A stretch of 64,000 nt of DNA, taken from NCBI RefSeq assembly GCF_009914755.1, contig NC_060930.1; one strand, written 5' to 3'. The position numbers were made by a program, and so were the translations under genes. Positions 41,887-55,927 of the stretch are shown here, in pieces. The stretch is from the human T2T-CHM13v2.0 reference genome, Homo sapiens. Position 1 is the stretch's first letter. Each line of letters starts with the position of its first letter. Under the pieces are notes generated by a model that saw nothing but the letters and a program-made list of their open reading frames with translations, had not been told where the DNA came from and made no database searches.

Positions 41887-42869
41887 CCATCAGAAATCAG
41901 AGCTGCTGCTTCCTTCTAGGAGCTCTCCTGTCTTCCTCTACTCTCAGCTCCTCTGGGGAGTTAGGTGTCCCTTTCATGCGCTCCCACAATCTCTGTGCTT
42001 CCCCGACCTCATTGTGTGTCTCCCCTAGATAACTGAAGTTTTTGAGGGCAGGGCTTGTGTTAACTAAAGTCTATATGCAGCTCTGGAGGACTAGTACAGT
42101 GGCTGAGACATAACAGATGTTCAATCAAAGTTCATTTAAAGAAAGAGGGTGATGTTTTCCAAGGTCAGAGTTTCTCTTACACAGGTGCTCTAGTATATGT
42201 TTCTTTCACACATCTTTTGTATTCCATGTACCCACAGGAAATTAAAATCATGTGTGGACAGCAGTGTTTCCACAGTATTTCCATATTTCATATTTAAAAT
42301 CGATCTTTCTATTCCCAATTATGTTACATTTAAGTGAAATTAAGGGGAATGATTTAATAGCAGTCTGTTCTTTCCTCTGTAGTTATATAAAGAGAGTAAA
42401 GCTCCTTATAATGGAGCGATGCCCCCTCCATTCCAGAGATTCTCAAACTTGATGGCACATTAGAATCAGCTGGGGTGCTTTAAGATATACTGTGCTTGGG
42501 TCCTACACATATACACAATGTGTGTGTTGTGTTGCTTCCAAGTGTTCTAGAGAATAAGTTATGCTCATTGGCTTTATTATCGTTACCCATTCCCATCTCA
42601 GCTGAGCACTCAACCTTGATGCTTTTATGCATCTGCAGTCAGCTCATTTTCCCGCTTCTGGCTCTTCTGTAAACTTCACCACTTGCCTGAGTCCTCTTCC
42701 CTTTTCCTTTGCTTGTACTGCAGCTCCCACCCCTCATGAATCAGTTTCTATTTGTATTGCTCAAATTGCAGACATGAGCTTGCCATTTTGAATTTCTAGT
42801 TTTACCTATGTTATGCTTAATCTGATAACCTGACATTTCCCTAAGGATATTAAGTAGCTTATTAGATAT

Positions 42870-43370
42870 TTTATTTAGGACTATGTTATGAATAACCCAA
42901 CTCATGCTGGTTTAAACAAAGAGATCATTTATATTTATAATTTATTGGCTTCCTTAATTGAACTGTCAAGGTAGTTTTTGCATTAAGCAAAGTTTGATTC
43001 AGGACTCAAGTGGTATCACCAGCAGCCTTTTCTTGGCAGTCTTTGATATATTGACTATTTTCAGGCTTACCTCCTTAGAGGTAGCAAAGTGGCTGCCCCA
43101 GCTCCACACCACACTCTTCTTACTTTCAAATACGAAGAAGAGAGATGGCATCTGTCCTGGAATAGCCAACCAAAGTTTCATCAAACCTGGTCGATTTGCG
43201 TTATGTACATTTCTCAGAATTGGGCCAGGGTGTTAATGTGTTGATTGACTTAAGCCAATCAAGATTTTTACCCCAGGAACTGAGGGTGCAACTAACCCAA
43301 GCATTGACTGGGATGTGAAGGATGAAGCAGTGGCGAATGCCCCTAGGAGAGAAGAATGAATACAGGAAGG
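42870..43370 (-). mobile_element. Old MLT1 (MLT1K/L-like) LTR
   Basis: acccaactca..ctggtttaaacaaa...tttattggct...gcaaagtggctgccccagctcc...gacttaagccaatca. Confidence 0.55.
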
Positions 43371-43585
43371 GCAAATAGCAAATATTCACAATAATGCAAG
43401 TTATCATATTATCTGTCAAAAAGTGTTCCATCAACATTTGAGTAATATATATTTAATTCAAAATGTCATACATGTCGATATAGAAGAATTGTTTGATTGA
43501 ACCATGTTGGACCTTGTTGAATTTCTAGTTAAGTGAATGCCAGAAAAAGGTGTAATATGTTTTATTTTTATAAACAATGTAAAAA

Positions 43586-43910
43586 GGCCAGGCACAGTGT
43601 CTCACACCTGTAATCCCAATACTTTGGGAGGCCGAGGTCAGCAGATCATTTGAGGTCAAGAGTTCAAGACCAGCCTGGCCAACATGTTGAAACCCTGTCT
43701 CTACTAAAAATACAAAAATTAGCTGGGTGTCCTGGTGGGTGCCTGTAATCCCAGCTACTTGAGAGGCTGAGACAGGAGAATCACTTGAACCTGGAAGGCG
43801 GAGGTTGCAGTGAGCCTAGATTGCGCCACTGTACTCCAGCCTGGGTGACAGAGTGAGACTCTATCTCAGGAATAAAAGGAAGGGAGGGAGAGAGGGAGGA
43901 AAGAGGAAAG
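43586..43910 (+). mobile_element. AluS (Sx/Sz-like) with GA-rich tail
   Basis: Full dimer; tail converted to (GGAA/GGGA)n. Confidence 0.95.
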
Positions 43911-43979
43911 AACTTGTGTCACTGAATTTATGAGTTTAAGCTTTTTTGCAAATGTTAAAACTGGCTTTACTAAATATTA

Positions 43980-44165
43980 GAATGGTACAGTAGAGTCTGA
44001 AGACTGACTTCAAATTATTGCTTTGCCATTTAACTACCTGGATGACCCTGAATAAGTTATTTATTTTCTTTGATCACTGGTTTTGTTTTCTGCTAGATGC
44101 AGATGTAAGTAATACATCTCAAAGTTTGTGAGTATCCAGTGAGATAATATGTGTTAAAGCATAAA
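43980..44165 (+). mobile_element. MIR
   Basis: ctttgccatttaactacctggatgaccctgaataagttattta...gtgagataatatgtgttaaagc. Confidence 0.65.
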
Positions 44166-44533
44166 CACACGGTCCCTGACTTACAATGGTCTGACTTACA
44201 AGTTTTCTTTTGACTTTACGATTGTGGGAAAGCAATACATGTTCAGTGGAAACTGTACTTGGAGTTTTAATATGACCATCCTGTTTTTACTCTCAGTACA
44301 CAATTCAATAAATTACATGAGATACTTAACACTTTACTATAGTATAGGCTTTGTGTTAGATGGTTTTGCCCAACTGGGCTAACAAAAGTGTTCTGAGCAT
44401 GTTTAAGGTAGGCTAGGCTAGGCTACGATGTTCAGTAGGTTAGTTATATTAAATGCATTTTCAACTTAAAATATTTTCAACTTATGAATGGGTTTGTCAG
44501 GATGTAACCACATCATATGTTGAGAATCATCTG
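44166..44533 (-). mobile_element. MER47A (Tigger5-derived MITE)
   Basis: acggtccctgacttacaatgg...gtgttctgagcatgtttaaggtaggctaggcta...gagaatcatctg then TA. Confidence 0.85.
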
Positions 44534-45049
44534 TAATGAAAAGTCAGAGTTAATTGTTACATTCAATTTTACTACCTCATTGGGTTGACTTTACCTGGCC
44601 AAAGAAAATATCATCATAATTAAAATGTAATTCTATTTTGCTAACACACTGCCTTTGTTACTTAAAACCTCTTTTGTTTTCATGTTTTATTTTGGCTGAA
44701 GACGCCTCAGAATGGCCTATATTAGAAATATATAACAAGATATTTTAGGATAAAATAAGAAGAGATGTGCTGGTCACTCACAAAATCTGAGTCACTGCCA
44801 CAATTAAGAATAAAAGCTTGGGTTTCTGGGAAGCAAAGGCAAAAAGACAAACACAGCTAAATGCACAGCTCTCATTTTGTAATAGCAGAAAGTATATCAT
44901 TCAAGAGGAATGACAACCTTGCTTAGGGCAAATCTCTAAATAGAATATATTCCATCAATCTTTCTGTTAAGGGGTGTTGAACAGCATAATGGACCATTGT
45001 ACCATAAAACTTACAAGACCCAGTAAGATTTGAAACTATTTTGGACAGT

Positions 45050-45285
45050 TTTCAATGGAGGTGCAGTCTGTCCTGGGTTTGAATCTGCCTTTCACTCACT
45101 GTGCAACACTGGTAATTTATTTAGCTTCTCTGAGGCTCAGCTTTTTTGTCTCTAAAATGGGAATAAAAACAATAGTACCTCCCCAATGGGGTTATTATAA
45201 GGATTAAACAAGAGAATGTATGTTGAAGAGATTGGCACAGTGCTCTGAATGTAGTAAGCACTTAATAAATGTTAGTTGTTAAATA
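45050..45285 (+). mobile_element. MIR
   Basis: cctgggtttgaatc...tctctgaggctcag...taaaatgggaataa...gtagtaagcacttaataaatgttag. Confidence 0.85.
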
Positions 45286-46325
45286 ATAATTATAAATTCT
45301 ATCCATAAGTATTTATTACTGTAACTAGATATCTGGAAAAAAAAATATTAGCAGTGAGATAATTTTATTGTGATTAAAGAAAGCATGTGATTGAATACTG
45401 AAAAATATGACCAGGGTCCTTCAACTAGATAAAAAAGAAACCTAACCAGCTGGAAATCTAAAGGAGAAAAATGAAAATATTGTTCTGGTTCTCTCTGAGC
45501 CAATTAAAATTTTCTGTTGTTTTTAAAACAAGTCCATTTTGGACTAGAACTGAAAGTCTCCAACCTACTGTGAGTAGAAAAAAAGCCTATGGTAAGAAGG
45601 CTCAAAAAGCTAACTGACATATGTGAACCCAGGGTAGACCTCATAATTTACAATTTCCCAACAGTTCCTGCACCTTAGAATTTTGCTTCGATGTGTGTAG
45701 ACTCAGCAGCATGTTGTAGGCACGTTGATGTGTTCCAGCCATCCACTTATATAAACACTATTGTCTTATAGGAGACTATACATTCTGACTGCAGTTTACC
45801 AAAAAAAAAAAAAAAAAAAAAAAAGGAAAAAATGGAGTAATTGTACTAACTCTAGATATAATACAAAATAAAAATACCTAGAGTATTTCACACATACTAA
45901 TGCATTGATGGTAGATAGCTTTTTAAGTTTGTCCCTTAAATAATCAAAGTAATAGAATATTTGGAATTATTAAATGTTAGCACTGAAAGGAGTCAGGAAT
46001 TTATAAGGATCAGCTTAATACAGTCCCTTTTTTTTCTACTTTTTTTAAAAATTTAGGTATGGAAACGAAGGCCCACATGCAATTGGCTAGTTAATAATAA
46101 AATGAAACCTTGAAATTATATTTGCTGACTCCTAGTCTGATATGTCTTTCACCTCACCACAGGGTGTTTGTTTTTTGTTGTTGTTGGTTTTGGGGGGTTT
46201 TTTGTCATTATTTATTTTTGTTTCTAGCTATTGTTGATTTTTAATGTTTGCATTTCACAGAACAAGAACACCCTTTTTTTCCAAGTATTCTGTGATTCAA
46301 AACTCTAGTACACTCTGCCTTGTAG

Positions 46326-46668
<343 letters not shown>

Positions 46669-48029
46669 TGATTTGCTCAATTAAATGTGAATTTCCAGGT
46701 TAGTTGACTTTGATTGGAGACCCCCATACAGATGGCAGGGGAAGTTATAGTGGTACAGTATCACACAACTACTCACCTAGAGTTCTGTAGACCTACTTGA
46801 GTTTGTATGAAAGACAGCTTCTTTGGCTTGACCTTTTTACTTGTCTACTGGTGGAAAGCCACAGTAGACAAGGTCTCAGGGAACTGCCACCACCCTGGTC
46901 CCAAGGCAGACCTCTCCACAGCCATCGCCCAAAGAGTACAGTGGCTAGGGTTGGGGCAGCAAGGTAGTGAGAAGAAGGTATGGCAGAAATTGCCAATGCC
47001 AGGACTAAAAGGACCTGCCAGCTAGTGGTGGATTTGGAATTCCTCTTTCATCAGCAATACTGTAAGTCCTCTTATCCCCCAGTTTTCCTTCTGCACCAGC
47101 TCCCAGGATGGGATTAAAAGGAGAGTGTTCCCAAAAGCTACTTCCAGGGCAGGGCTTATGATATACCAAAGTTCAAAAAACAGTTACAAAACAGTAGATC
47201 CAGTGTAAATGGCAATATTACGTATATGTCTGTGCTTCCAAATTGTCTACCTTTTATATAGTATGATTTGCATAATAAGGCATAAAAGGAGTAAGTGCTA
47301 CTTTTTTTCAAAAAGGCTGTGACTGGGCCAGAGAAAATTTGGATGACTGCATTGTTCAAAATCTGGTTGGCTCTGATAGATTTAGTTGTAGATATAAATA
47401 TATTTTTTAATCATGTCTTCTGGTTTAAATATAGACACTGAATTTCAGAAATCCCAGTTTATGATAAGTACTGCCTTTCAGGGTGTTTGTCTCCATTACA
47501 TCTAGTTCTAAAAAGATATGTAGTTCTGTATCAGTTTAATTTCAGTTTTCTTGTTAGGCCATTTTGGCGATCATTCCCCACATATTGTGATGACAACTAC
47601 TTTTATATCATGTGGTGTGGTCGGTATTGTTATGTATATAACAGAAAAGTCACCATAGACAAGTCAAAAGCAATTTGATGCAAACTACCCATTATCCAAG
47701 TTTTGGTAGCAGTGAAACAGACATGTTTCATGAGAGAGGATTACTGAGAAGACAGCTGTCATTTAACATTCCTAACACTAGAAAAAAACCATAAAGCTAG
47801 ATGGCTACTCTAAAATGTTATTGATCAGTTCAGAGCATTCAGTTAATTATGTTAAGTTTTCATCGATTTGAAGTAGTTTCAGGGGAGATCTCTGCATTAG
47901 TGAAATGTTTTTATTTTAAAAATATTTTTTTAAAGGAATATAGTTTACTTCTTTCAAATAATCCCACAAATTTAGTATTCCAAAGAGACCACTTTGTGAT
48001 TCTTTAAATTAATAAATAAGAAATATTTT

Positions 48030-48590
48030 CTAAGGCATCAGTAAGACTTTAAAATGAAAACATCATTGTTTAACCATAGGAAAAAAATTTAACCTATCTG
48101 GTAGTTAAAGCAATACAAATTTAAATTCCAATCAAGTGTTATTTTCACCTATAAAATTACTAAAAATTTTTGATTTGAGAATACAGAGAGTTGGATAAGC
48201 ATATAAATTTTAGAAAGAGGCTAATAGTTCATATCGTTTAGCTCAGCAAATCAGCTTCTGGAAATCTATTTTGAGGAAATAATCTTAGAGACAGAAAGAT
48301 CTCTTTGCACAAAAATGTTCACTGCATTATTATCAATAATAGAAGAAAAAGCTTGAATATCCATCATTAAGGAAATTAATTATATAAGTAAATCATGGTG
48401 TACACGCGCAGTAGATTAATACCCAGCTGATAAATGTGATTTACGCAGAATTTATAACAGTGTGGAAAACACTCATTATTAGGAGGAAAAAAATAGTAAC
48501 AATTTTATATAAGTTAGGAAGTCAGCCCTATTTTGGAACTACATATTAATGAAGATAGAAGGAGATGCTGAAATTTTAAAAATCTCTTAA
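48030..48590 (+). mobile_element. L1ME-type fragment
   Basis: ttttcacctataaaattac...cagcaaatcagcttctggaaatctat...aaaaatgttcactgc...aatatccatcattaagg. Confidence 0.6.
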
Positions 48591-51214
48591 GCTCAGCCAT
48601 TATACATAAGGTCTTATTTATGTTAATATGTAGTCATTCCTTTTTTTATTATTGCTTGTACAAAAGTAAAAGCTGTTCTCTTTCCAAATTATCTCACATG
48701 CCAAGTTATGAGGGTCATAATAACATTTTTATCTTAAAGCAGAAATATCTTTAGATAACACATTTAAGTTTTCCAAATAATTTCACTTCATTATCCTTTT
48801 TTTATTTGTGTTTTTCAATGTATTATTTATGTATCTCATGATTTTGCTGTATTACTCTTCTGGAAGAAATTGTATTTCCTGGTAATTTCTCCTTGCTTGC
48901 ACATCTGTCTACCCCCCAAAACTCCACACAACTAGAATTCTGAGACGGTATTTAGTGGCTGTTAGGAAGTCGAACCTATATATTTGTTTAAATTTTTTTT
49001 TTCAGAGGTTCTACAGAGCATGGGGATTGTTTAACATTTTCTAGGCACACATGATCCAGTTACAAAGACAAAGCACCTTGTGTTTCTATAGTTATTTTTA
49101 TGTAAAGCTATTAAAGGAACAGGAAACATCTTTCGGCAGCCTTTCTCCCTACAACTGCCCCAAAAATAGTCATTAGTATTAAACATAACAGAGACTAAAA
49201 TTGTTTCCCATAGATCCTTGGAGAAAGGCTGCAAAGTAACACTAAAGCATTTGGGGTTATTTATAATAAAGCCTGTGCAAAAGAAACAAGATGCCAATTC
49301 ACGTGTCAGGCAGACAGTGGCAGCTGCTTTGTTACTATGTGGCACTGTCCCATCCTAAATCAAATGGGAAATGGGTACTGTTTGACAGATACTGTCATCA
49401 GTACAAACATTATTAAAATAATTAAACAGCTTCTTCTTCTTTTTTTTAATCTTAGGGACAGGCTGTTGGTTTGTTCGGGCTTTCCCAGCCCTGGTGCTCA
49501 GGACTCCATGCATATTCCTACACCAGATTTTTGATCCAGCCAAGCCTGAGCTATGATTTTTTTATCCCAGTGGGACAGTGTAGCTATGTTCTTGGCGTTT
49601 TCTGCCTATTACCAGTTAGGGTCTGTGAACAGAATCTCCATTTGTGAGAACCTCATTGTGGATAGCACGCAGTGGTCTTTTCATTTTGATTGATGGTTCT
49701 GGTTCTGCACCATCTGGCTTCTGATAGGCTGCATTAATCATATCCTGAACTAAGAAAGTGTAGACATGTCTGCTTAATATGTACCCATACATAATGTAGC
49801 ATTAGTTATTCATTCATCTTGCAAAACAGTCATAATGTATGCAAGGTCTTTATATAGTAAAACATAAATATTAATATGCGACCCATTAATGCTGTTTTTA
49901 CTTGTACTAACCTCCCACTAGTACATTTGTTTATGAAGATTGAAGAATTAAGAGAAAGAAGGCCATGTGCACATTTACATGAACACATATAGTTTTGCTG
50001 ATGTCTCCTATAAATTTAGAGTGATGTATGTCTGAAATACTTATTTGCTCATATTTACTTTATATATATGTATCTTTAATTGCCTCTTGAAATACAGGTT
50101 AAATGCAAGCTGCAATACAGATTAATTTTTCTCATGTGAACTGCTTGCATCAAATGTAGGTCATCCATTTGCCGGGGTCGTGGGGGCGTATGTGGCCGTG
50201 CTCTTTTGTGCTGCCTCTGGCTGGGCCCACTCTGTCCCCTGCTGTGTGATAATGTCGAGAAAAAAAAGAGGGGCCAGCAGAGGCCAGATAGGAATTCAGA
50301 AGTCAAACAAAGTTTGCTCCAGATTTAGGACTGTCATACTTTTCAGGAGCTCAAATTCGGTTTTAGAAATTTGCTAGGACCTTTTCCATTTAAGAGAGAT
50401 TTAGTGTGCATTAATCATAATCCTTTCAGTACCTAGAGAAGGGAGGGGAAGGGGATTTAAATTCTCCTGGGAAGTTACCTTGTACAAAATTGCTAGAGCA
50501 TATTTCTTGAGATAGCAAATTAAAACCATAACTTCATAAAACACATTTTATGTTTTATTAATTATGTTTTGTCATAAAAGCACTGTATTCTGTGTGGTTA
50601 CATCTTCTTGTATGTGCCCCAAATTCAAAGCATGTGTTTTAATGAATTATACTATTGCAGAATAAGTGAAGATTAATGCTTGCGTGCTGCGGAATACAAA
50701 ACATAATCCACGCTGTAACAGTAATCAGTCATCGAATAATGCATGGGAAACAAGGCAAATGATCATAGTTTTTGTTGAGAAATAAGTAAACTACAGCTTC
50801 TGCTTGAAAAGTAATTGCAGTGAGGTTTAATTAGTCACATAAGCTCTATGAGCAATACCAACAGAAATTATATAAAATGTAATGCAGGGATTCAAACTGA
50901 CATCTTAAGAGTTTCAAATATTAAGATAACACCATGTAGAAAGCTGGAAAAAAATAATTTCAGAAGTAAAATTAGTACTTTAATGTCCAGCTCTCCCCTC
51001 TCTTATTTTAAAACTACTTTTAACTGTTTCTTCCAATAGTTTAGATCCCATTATTGTTTAATTTCTTCTATTAAGTGATTTTTTTAAAATATGCCCACCA
51101 CTAAGAGCACTGCATTGACAAACCAAACTATAAAGCAGGAAATCTTACGTAAATAGTCTATGACCATGAACTACTGATGTAGTTCTAGGAATTTGTGAAG
51201 AGTGCTAATTTTGC

Positions 51215-51490
51215 TTGGAGAAGGCAGAGTTTGTGTCTTGACTTTGCCTCCAAACTAGCTGAATGATCTTAAAAACAGGTTCATACTGACTGGCCTATTT
51301 CCAGATTAACCCTCATTTTAAGATGTAATAGTCTGAGTGAGATTTTTGTCTTAAAAAAAAAGTTTAATAACCTCAAGCCTGGTTTCTTATCTTGAAATTG
51401 AAGATCATCCCTGCCCTTAGTTTTAGTTGTTTGTGAGGGTCACATGAGATAATGCATGTGTGTTATAAACTTTTAAGTACTACAAAAATA
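51215..51490 (+). mobile_element. MIR remnant(s)
   Basis: aacctcaagcctggtttcttatcttgaaattgaagat...gtgagggtcacatgagataatgcatg. Confidence 0.5.
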
Positions 51491-54332
51491 TATGTACTGT
51501 CATTTTTATTGATTAAACTTTCCTGGATTTCATCTGCTACATTCATGAGAGTATGCAGGATGATAGGTTCTCCTCCCATGTCACAGTAAATTTTAAGAAC
51601 CAATAAAATGATGAATACATGTGTTTCCTGGTGCCTGAATTTCTCTTCTGTAAGTTCCCTCTAGAGTTTACGGGAGAGGTTAAAAACTACTTTTCCCCGG
51701 TAAAGGACCATATGCTAGTTGACTACATAATTACAACATAATTTAATTTTCTTCTTCCAGCAACATAGAAACTATTGGACTGTGCTTCTTTAAAATTAAG
51801 GACATTCATCTGGAAGCTGGGACAGGACTGAAAGGGAAGGTATTCTAAACCAAACCATTTCATTCGCTCAGGAAGGCAGTGCCAGAAAGACAGCTTTCAA
51901 GAGGCCAGTGCTCCGCTTCTCCATTGGAGAACGGGTGCCATCCAGGGGGGAGGCATGAACAGATGGATAAGTTAGAGAACCTGACAGCTTTCCTCTCCCT
52001 CCACGAGTCGTCAGTAGACTTTGATTAGAAATGTAATAAACTCCCATAATGCCAAATAAACTTCCTTCAAGTATATAAATACCAAAACACAAGTGATTTT
52101 CTTATTTGTAACATTTTAATGAATCTTAATGTTTTTGCATTATCATGAATATATCAGTGTTTACATTGGTCTTGCCTCTTTTTCATGTTACCAGCTTGTC
52201 CAAAGGACAACCAGACATGTGTATGGTTCTCCAACTCAGGGAAATCACTGTAGGCCATGTTTTGTGTTTACTTAGACTTCAAGTGAAGTTAGGTGTCCTC
52301 TGTATGCTTATACCTAGTGTCATAGCACAGATTTATATGTGTGTAAACAATGTGTTTGTAATAGGACTCAATAGTCTTTATATACAGTTTTTTAAAACTC
52401 TCATTCATTTATTGTCACTATACCCAAGACGTTGAAAATACAAACAGTAAGATTCTGTGTGGTCCCATGTCTTGACACACTCTCAGGCTGTTGGGAAGGA
52501 TGGAGATGAACAGCTAATTTTAATTCTGAGATTCATATGTAATGCCATTACTACCCACTATTAGTAATTACTGTATTATTGGTAGTAGTGTTAATAGCAA
52601 AGCATAAATGTGTTTTAAAGGAACCTTGTTATAAAAGTTTAACTGAAGGTCATTTGAAACTTTGAAAGCACAAAGTATTCAGTGCTAGCTTCATGCCTGA
52701 AAAAGGTCTGGGGGACCATGACTCATTAATTATTTCATTCAAATAAATCTATTGCTCTTTCTCCTAAGAACTAAAAATGTGTACTTTTTTTTTCTAAGAT
52801 GGATATTTAGGGGTTTCTCTAAACTGTTGTGGTTCTTGTGTCAACTTCCCAAGAACACGATGGTCCCAAGGTACCTTTTTGAGTTTCATATTTGCCTTAA
52901 ATTGTAACCAAGAAAACCAAGAATACCCATCCAAATAACTTGTCCAGTGCTTTTTCCTTCATAGCACTGAACTCTGATGTGTTATTTCTTTGGACGCCTT
53001 CTCAAATTATAAAGGTAACACGGAGGAATTACTTCCTAGCTGTCTCTCCTATACTGCAATAAATTATTGTCCTCTGCTCTTCCCAAAGGCCTCCAAGGTT
53101 ATTGACAGCCCCGACCAGCGTCTACCATTGCCATCCCCTCGCCCCCACCCCTTACTAAAGTGTCCCACCCCACACCCTTGAATACAGATTAGAATCAAAG
53201 AAGGAACTATTGGGAGGAGAAGGGGGTTGGGACGGTCATGCATGATGCAGTTTGTCAGCATTAATGTGAACAAAAGGTCACCAAGACTCATCAGATTGAC
53301 AACGGAGAAAGAACATCATTCTCTGCTTTTAGAAATTCCTTATTTTATAATTTACCTAGCATGCTGCCAATTATTTAATTTTGAGTTAAAGATATTGTTC
53401 TTGGTGAAAAACCTATTTACTTTTAATCATAGTTGATTAACCTGTATATTACTAGTTATGAGTTATTTCACTTATTTACAGTTTGTACTTGACCGTCACC
53501 GCCACATGCAGATTTATCATAAAAAGGAAGGAACTATTCTCCTTAATTTATTTTGTTTTTCACAGCCTGTTATGGTTTTTAAAAGGAGATAAGGCATGAA
53601 AAAGCCCTGAAACAATGGGCTAAAGTCATCCTCTGAATATGTGAGATATTTTTTATCTTTTCAGAGAATCTTTGTAATTTAGGGACATTTTAAGAAGTAA
53701 AACACGTATAGAATGGGATTTTTTTTCTTTTTTTAAAACAATCATTTCATTAGGTTTCTATATTAACGAGTCTATTCACAGGGCAAAATGACAGCATGAT
53801 AGCTGTTTAAGCTCATTGTTTTCAGATGGCAGAAACACAGAGTAACAAAAGGAAAAGCCTCCAATATAGTTAATATAACCAAATGTTAGAGGAGGTAGGA
53901 AGATGCTTGTCAGAATCAAATAACTTATAAGCCATGGTGTCCATATTTTTCCCAGGAGTGGAAAGCCTTAATATCACAGCTATTCAATTTTTCATTCCAC
54001 AAACATCCATTGTTTATAAACATTTCTAGAACAACGCTCTGTGTAGCATACGCATATGCCTTGTGCTCAAAGACAGTTTGCCCTTGTTCCTTTTAGTCTC
54101 CTTTCAGTTGTATTCTTGCTGTTTTATTCATTTTCCCCCTTTTCCCTTTCACATTAACAAAGTAATTCACTTTCATATGTATTTCTAGAGTTGTATTTTT
54201 GTTTCAAATGATGATTACATCCCTCAACCCCAAAATGTCTGGGTAAATAGTTTATGGCCATCTGTATTCTGTCATGCAAAAGAAGATGGTTCTTCCAAAT
54301 AAATTCAATGACTCAGCCATAATAACCCACAT

Positions 54333-54391
54333 TTGTGTGTGTGTATGTGTGTGTATGTGTGTGTGTGTGTGTGTGTATGCTGTATGTGTGT
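54333..54391. repeat. Interrupted (TG)n microsatellite
   Basis: tgtgtgtgtgtatgtgtgtgtatgtgtgtg... Confidence 0.95.
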
Positions 54392-54519
54392 GGGGGGAAC
54401 TATCATTTTATAATTTCAACCACAGACAACCATAACCCAGAGCTTTTTAAATGCCCATCCTTTCACAAACATAATTTTATTTCTAACATTTTTGTAATCC
54501 AAATGTGCTAAAACATCTA

Positions 54520-54740
54520 GGCAGCATGCTGTATATCAGAAAGAGTAAGTGCTTTGCAGCCAAGTGAACCTGGCTTGGAAAATGCTTTCTCTCATTGACT
54601 AGCTGTGAAACTTTGGGCACGTTTCCTAATCTATCTGACCCTCACATTTGTCATCTGTGAAACAGGGAAAATAGTATCTATTCTGTGAGAAATACAACTC
54701 TGAAAACAACTGATTCATAGTCAGTACTCATAAAATCTCT
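54520..54740 (+). mobile_element. MIR
   Basis: ggcagcatg...gactagctgtgaaactttgggcac...cctcacatttgtcatctgtgaaacagggaaaatagta. Confidence 0.7.
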
Positions 54741-55629
54741 TGCCTATTTCCTTTCCCTTTCTTCTAAATAATTTCTTGGATAATATGTTCAGTAGTCTAG
54801 ACACTTGGAAATGCTGAATTATTAAATATTTTCATGTTTCATTTCTCACATCTTTCAATGGCAATTGAAAAAAAAATACATTACCATAAGACTTAAGCAC
54901 CCGGACATAAGCATGGATTAGCTCAGTCAGGCCCATCTGTATACATGAGGTCAAAGTCAGGTCCCACCCCGGAGAACACTGTAAAGTCCAGTTTGTCTCC
55001 TCCGGCAGCAAGCTTCTCCTTTCTCCTTCTGTGTGCCCTTCTTGCTGCTTATGGACTCGGCGACCTCGCACTGTCTCCAGTCATGCACAGTCAAGCCTGC
55101 TTTCAAGAGAGAATGTGAGAGGCACGTCCATTACAAGATATACATTATTGAAAAGGGTCAATAGGAGAGTCTCCCTGGCTATTTTCATTTTAGCAGAAGA
55201 GTTGGGATTTAAGCCAAAGTATTAGCTACTAATTGTTGATTCTCATGTGTTAGTGAACCTTTCTGTTTTCCAGCAGACTTTCTGGAACATGTCAATTATG
55301 ATGTCCCTGAATATTATTTTTAATTGGCTCTTTCACCTTTAAGTGGCTACTTTTGATGACTTCTGACCCACAAAGAGATCCACAAATCACTGGAAACTGT
55401 TCCCTTCTGGCAGAAACCCATTTCACTTGTGACCAAGTCATCCAGTAAAATGCACAATGTCATCAAGGAAGGGAATTGGGAACAGAACAGAGGATGTTAC
55501 TTACAGCAGAACTACTAGCTACAGTTATTCCTGGTCATCAACATGTCCCAGGAAAGACTTAAAGAGCAAGAAAAGGTAGAGAAAAATAACTTCTACCTTT
55601 AGTGCAAAATCAGTTTTACTGTGCCTTTC

Positions 55630-55927
55630 CTTTCTTGCCTTTTTTTCCCCTTGAAACAGGGTCTCTGTCTCTCAGGCTGGAGTGCAGTAGTGTGAACGTG
55701 GCTCAGTGCAGCCTCAACCTCCCAGGGTCAAATGATCCTCCCACCTCAACCTCCCGAGTAGCTAGGACTACAGGCACGCACCACCGTGTAACTAATTTTT
55801 AATTTTTTGTAGAGATGGGGTCTCACTGTGTTGCCCAGGCTGGTCTCAAACTCCTGGACTCAAGCAGTCCTCCGGCCTCAGCCCCGCAAAGTGCTGGGAT
55901 TACAAATGTAAGCCACTGCTCCCAGCC
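55630..55927 (-). mobile_element. AluJ
   Basis: Antisense dimer; TSD ctgtgcctttc. Confidence 0.93.

Noticed and set aside
54880-55110. GC-richer unique patch as an antisense exon or pseudogene
   Set aside because: The minus strand has a donor-like ATG|GTAATG, but no clear acceptor, no recognisable peptide, and no poly(A) or TSD.
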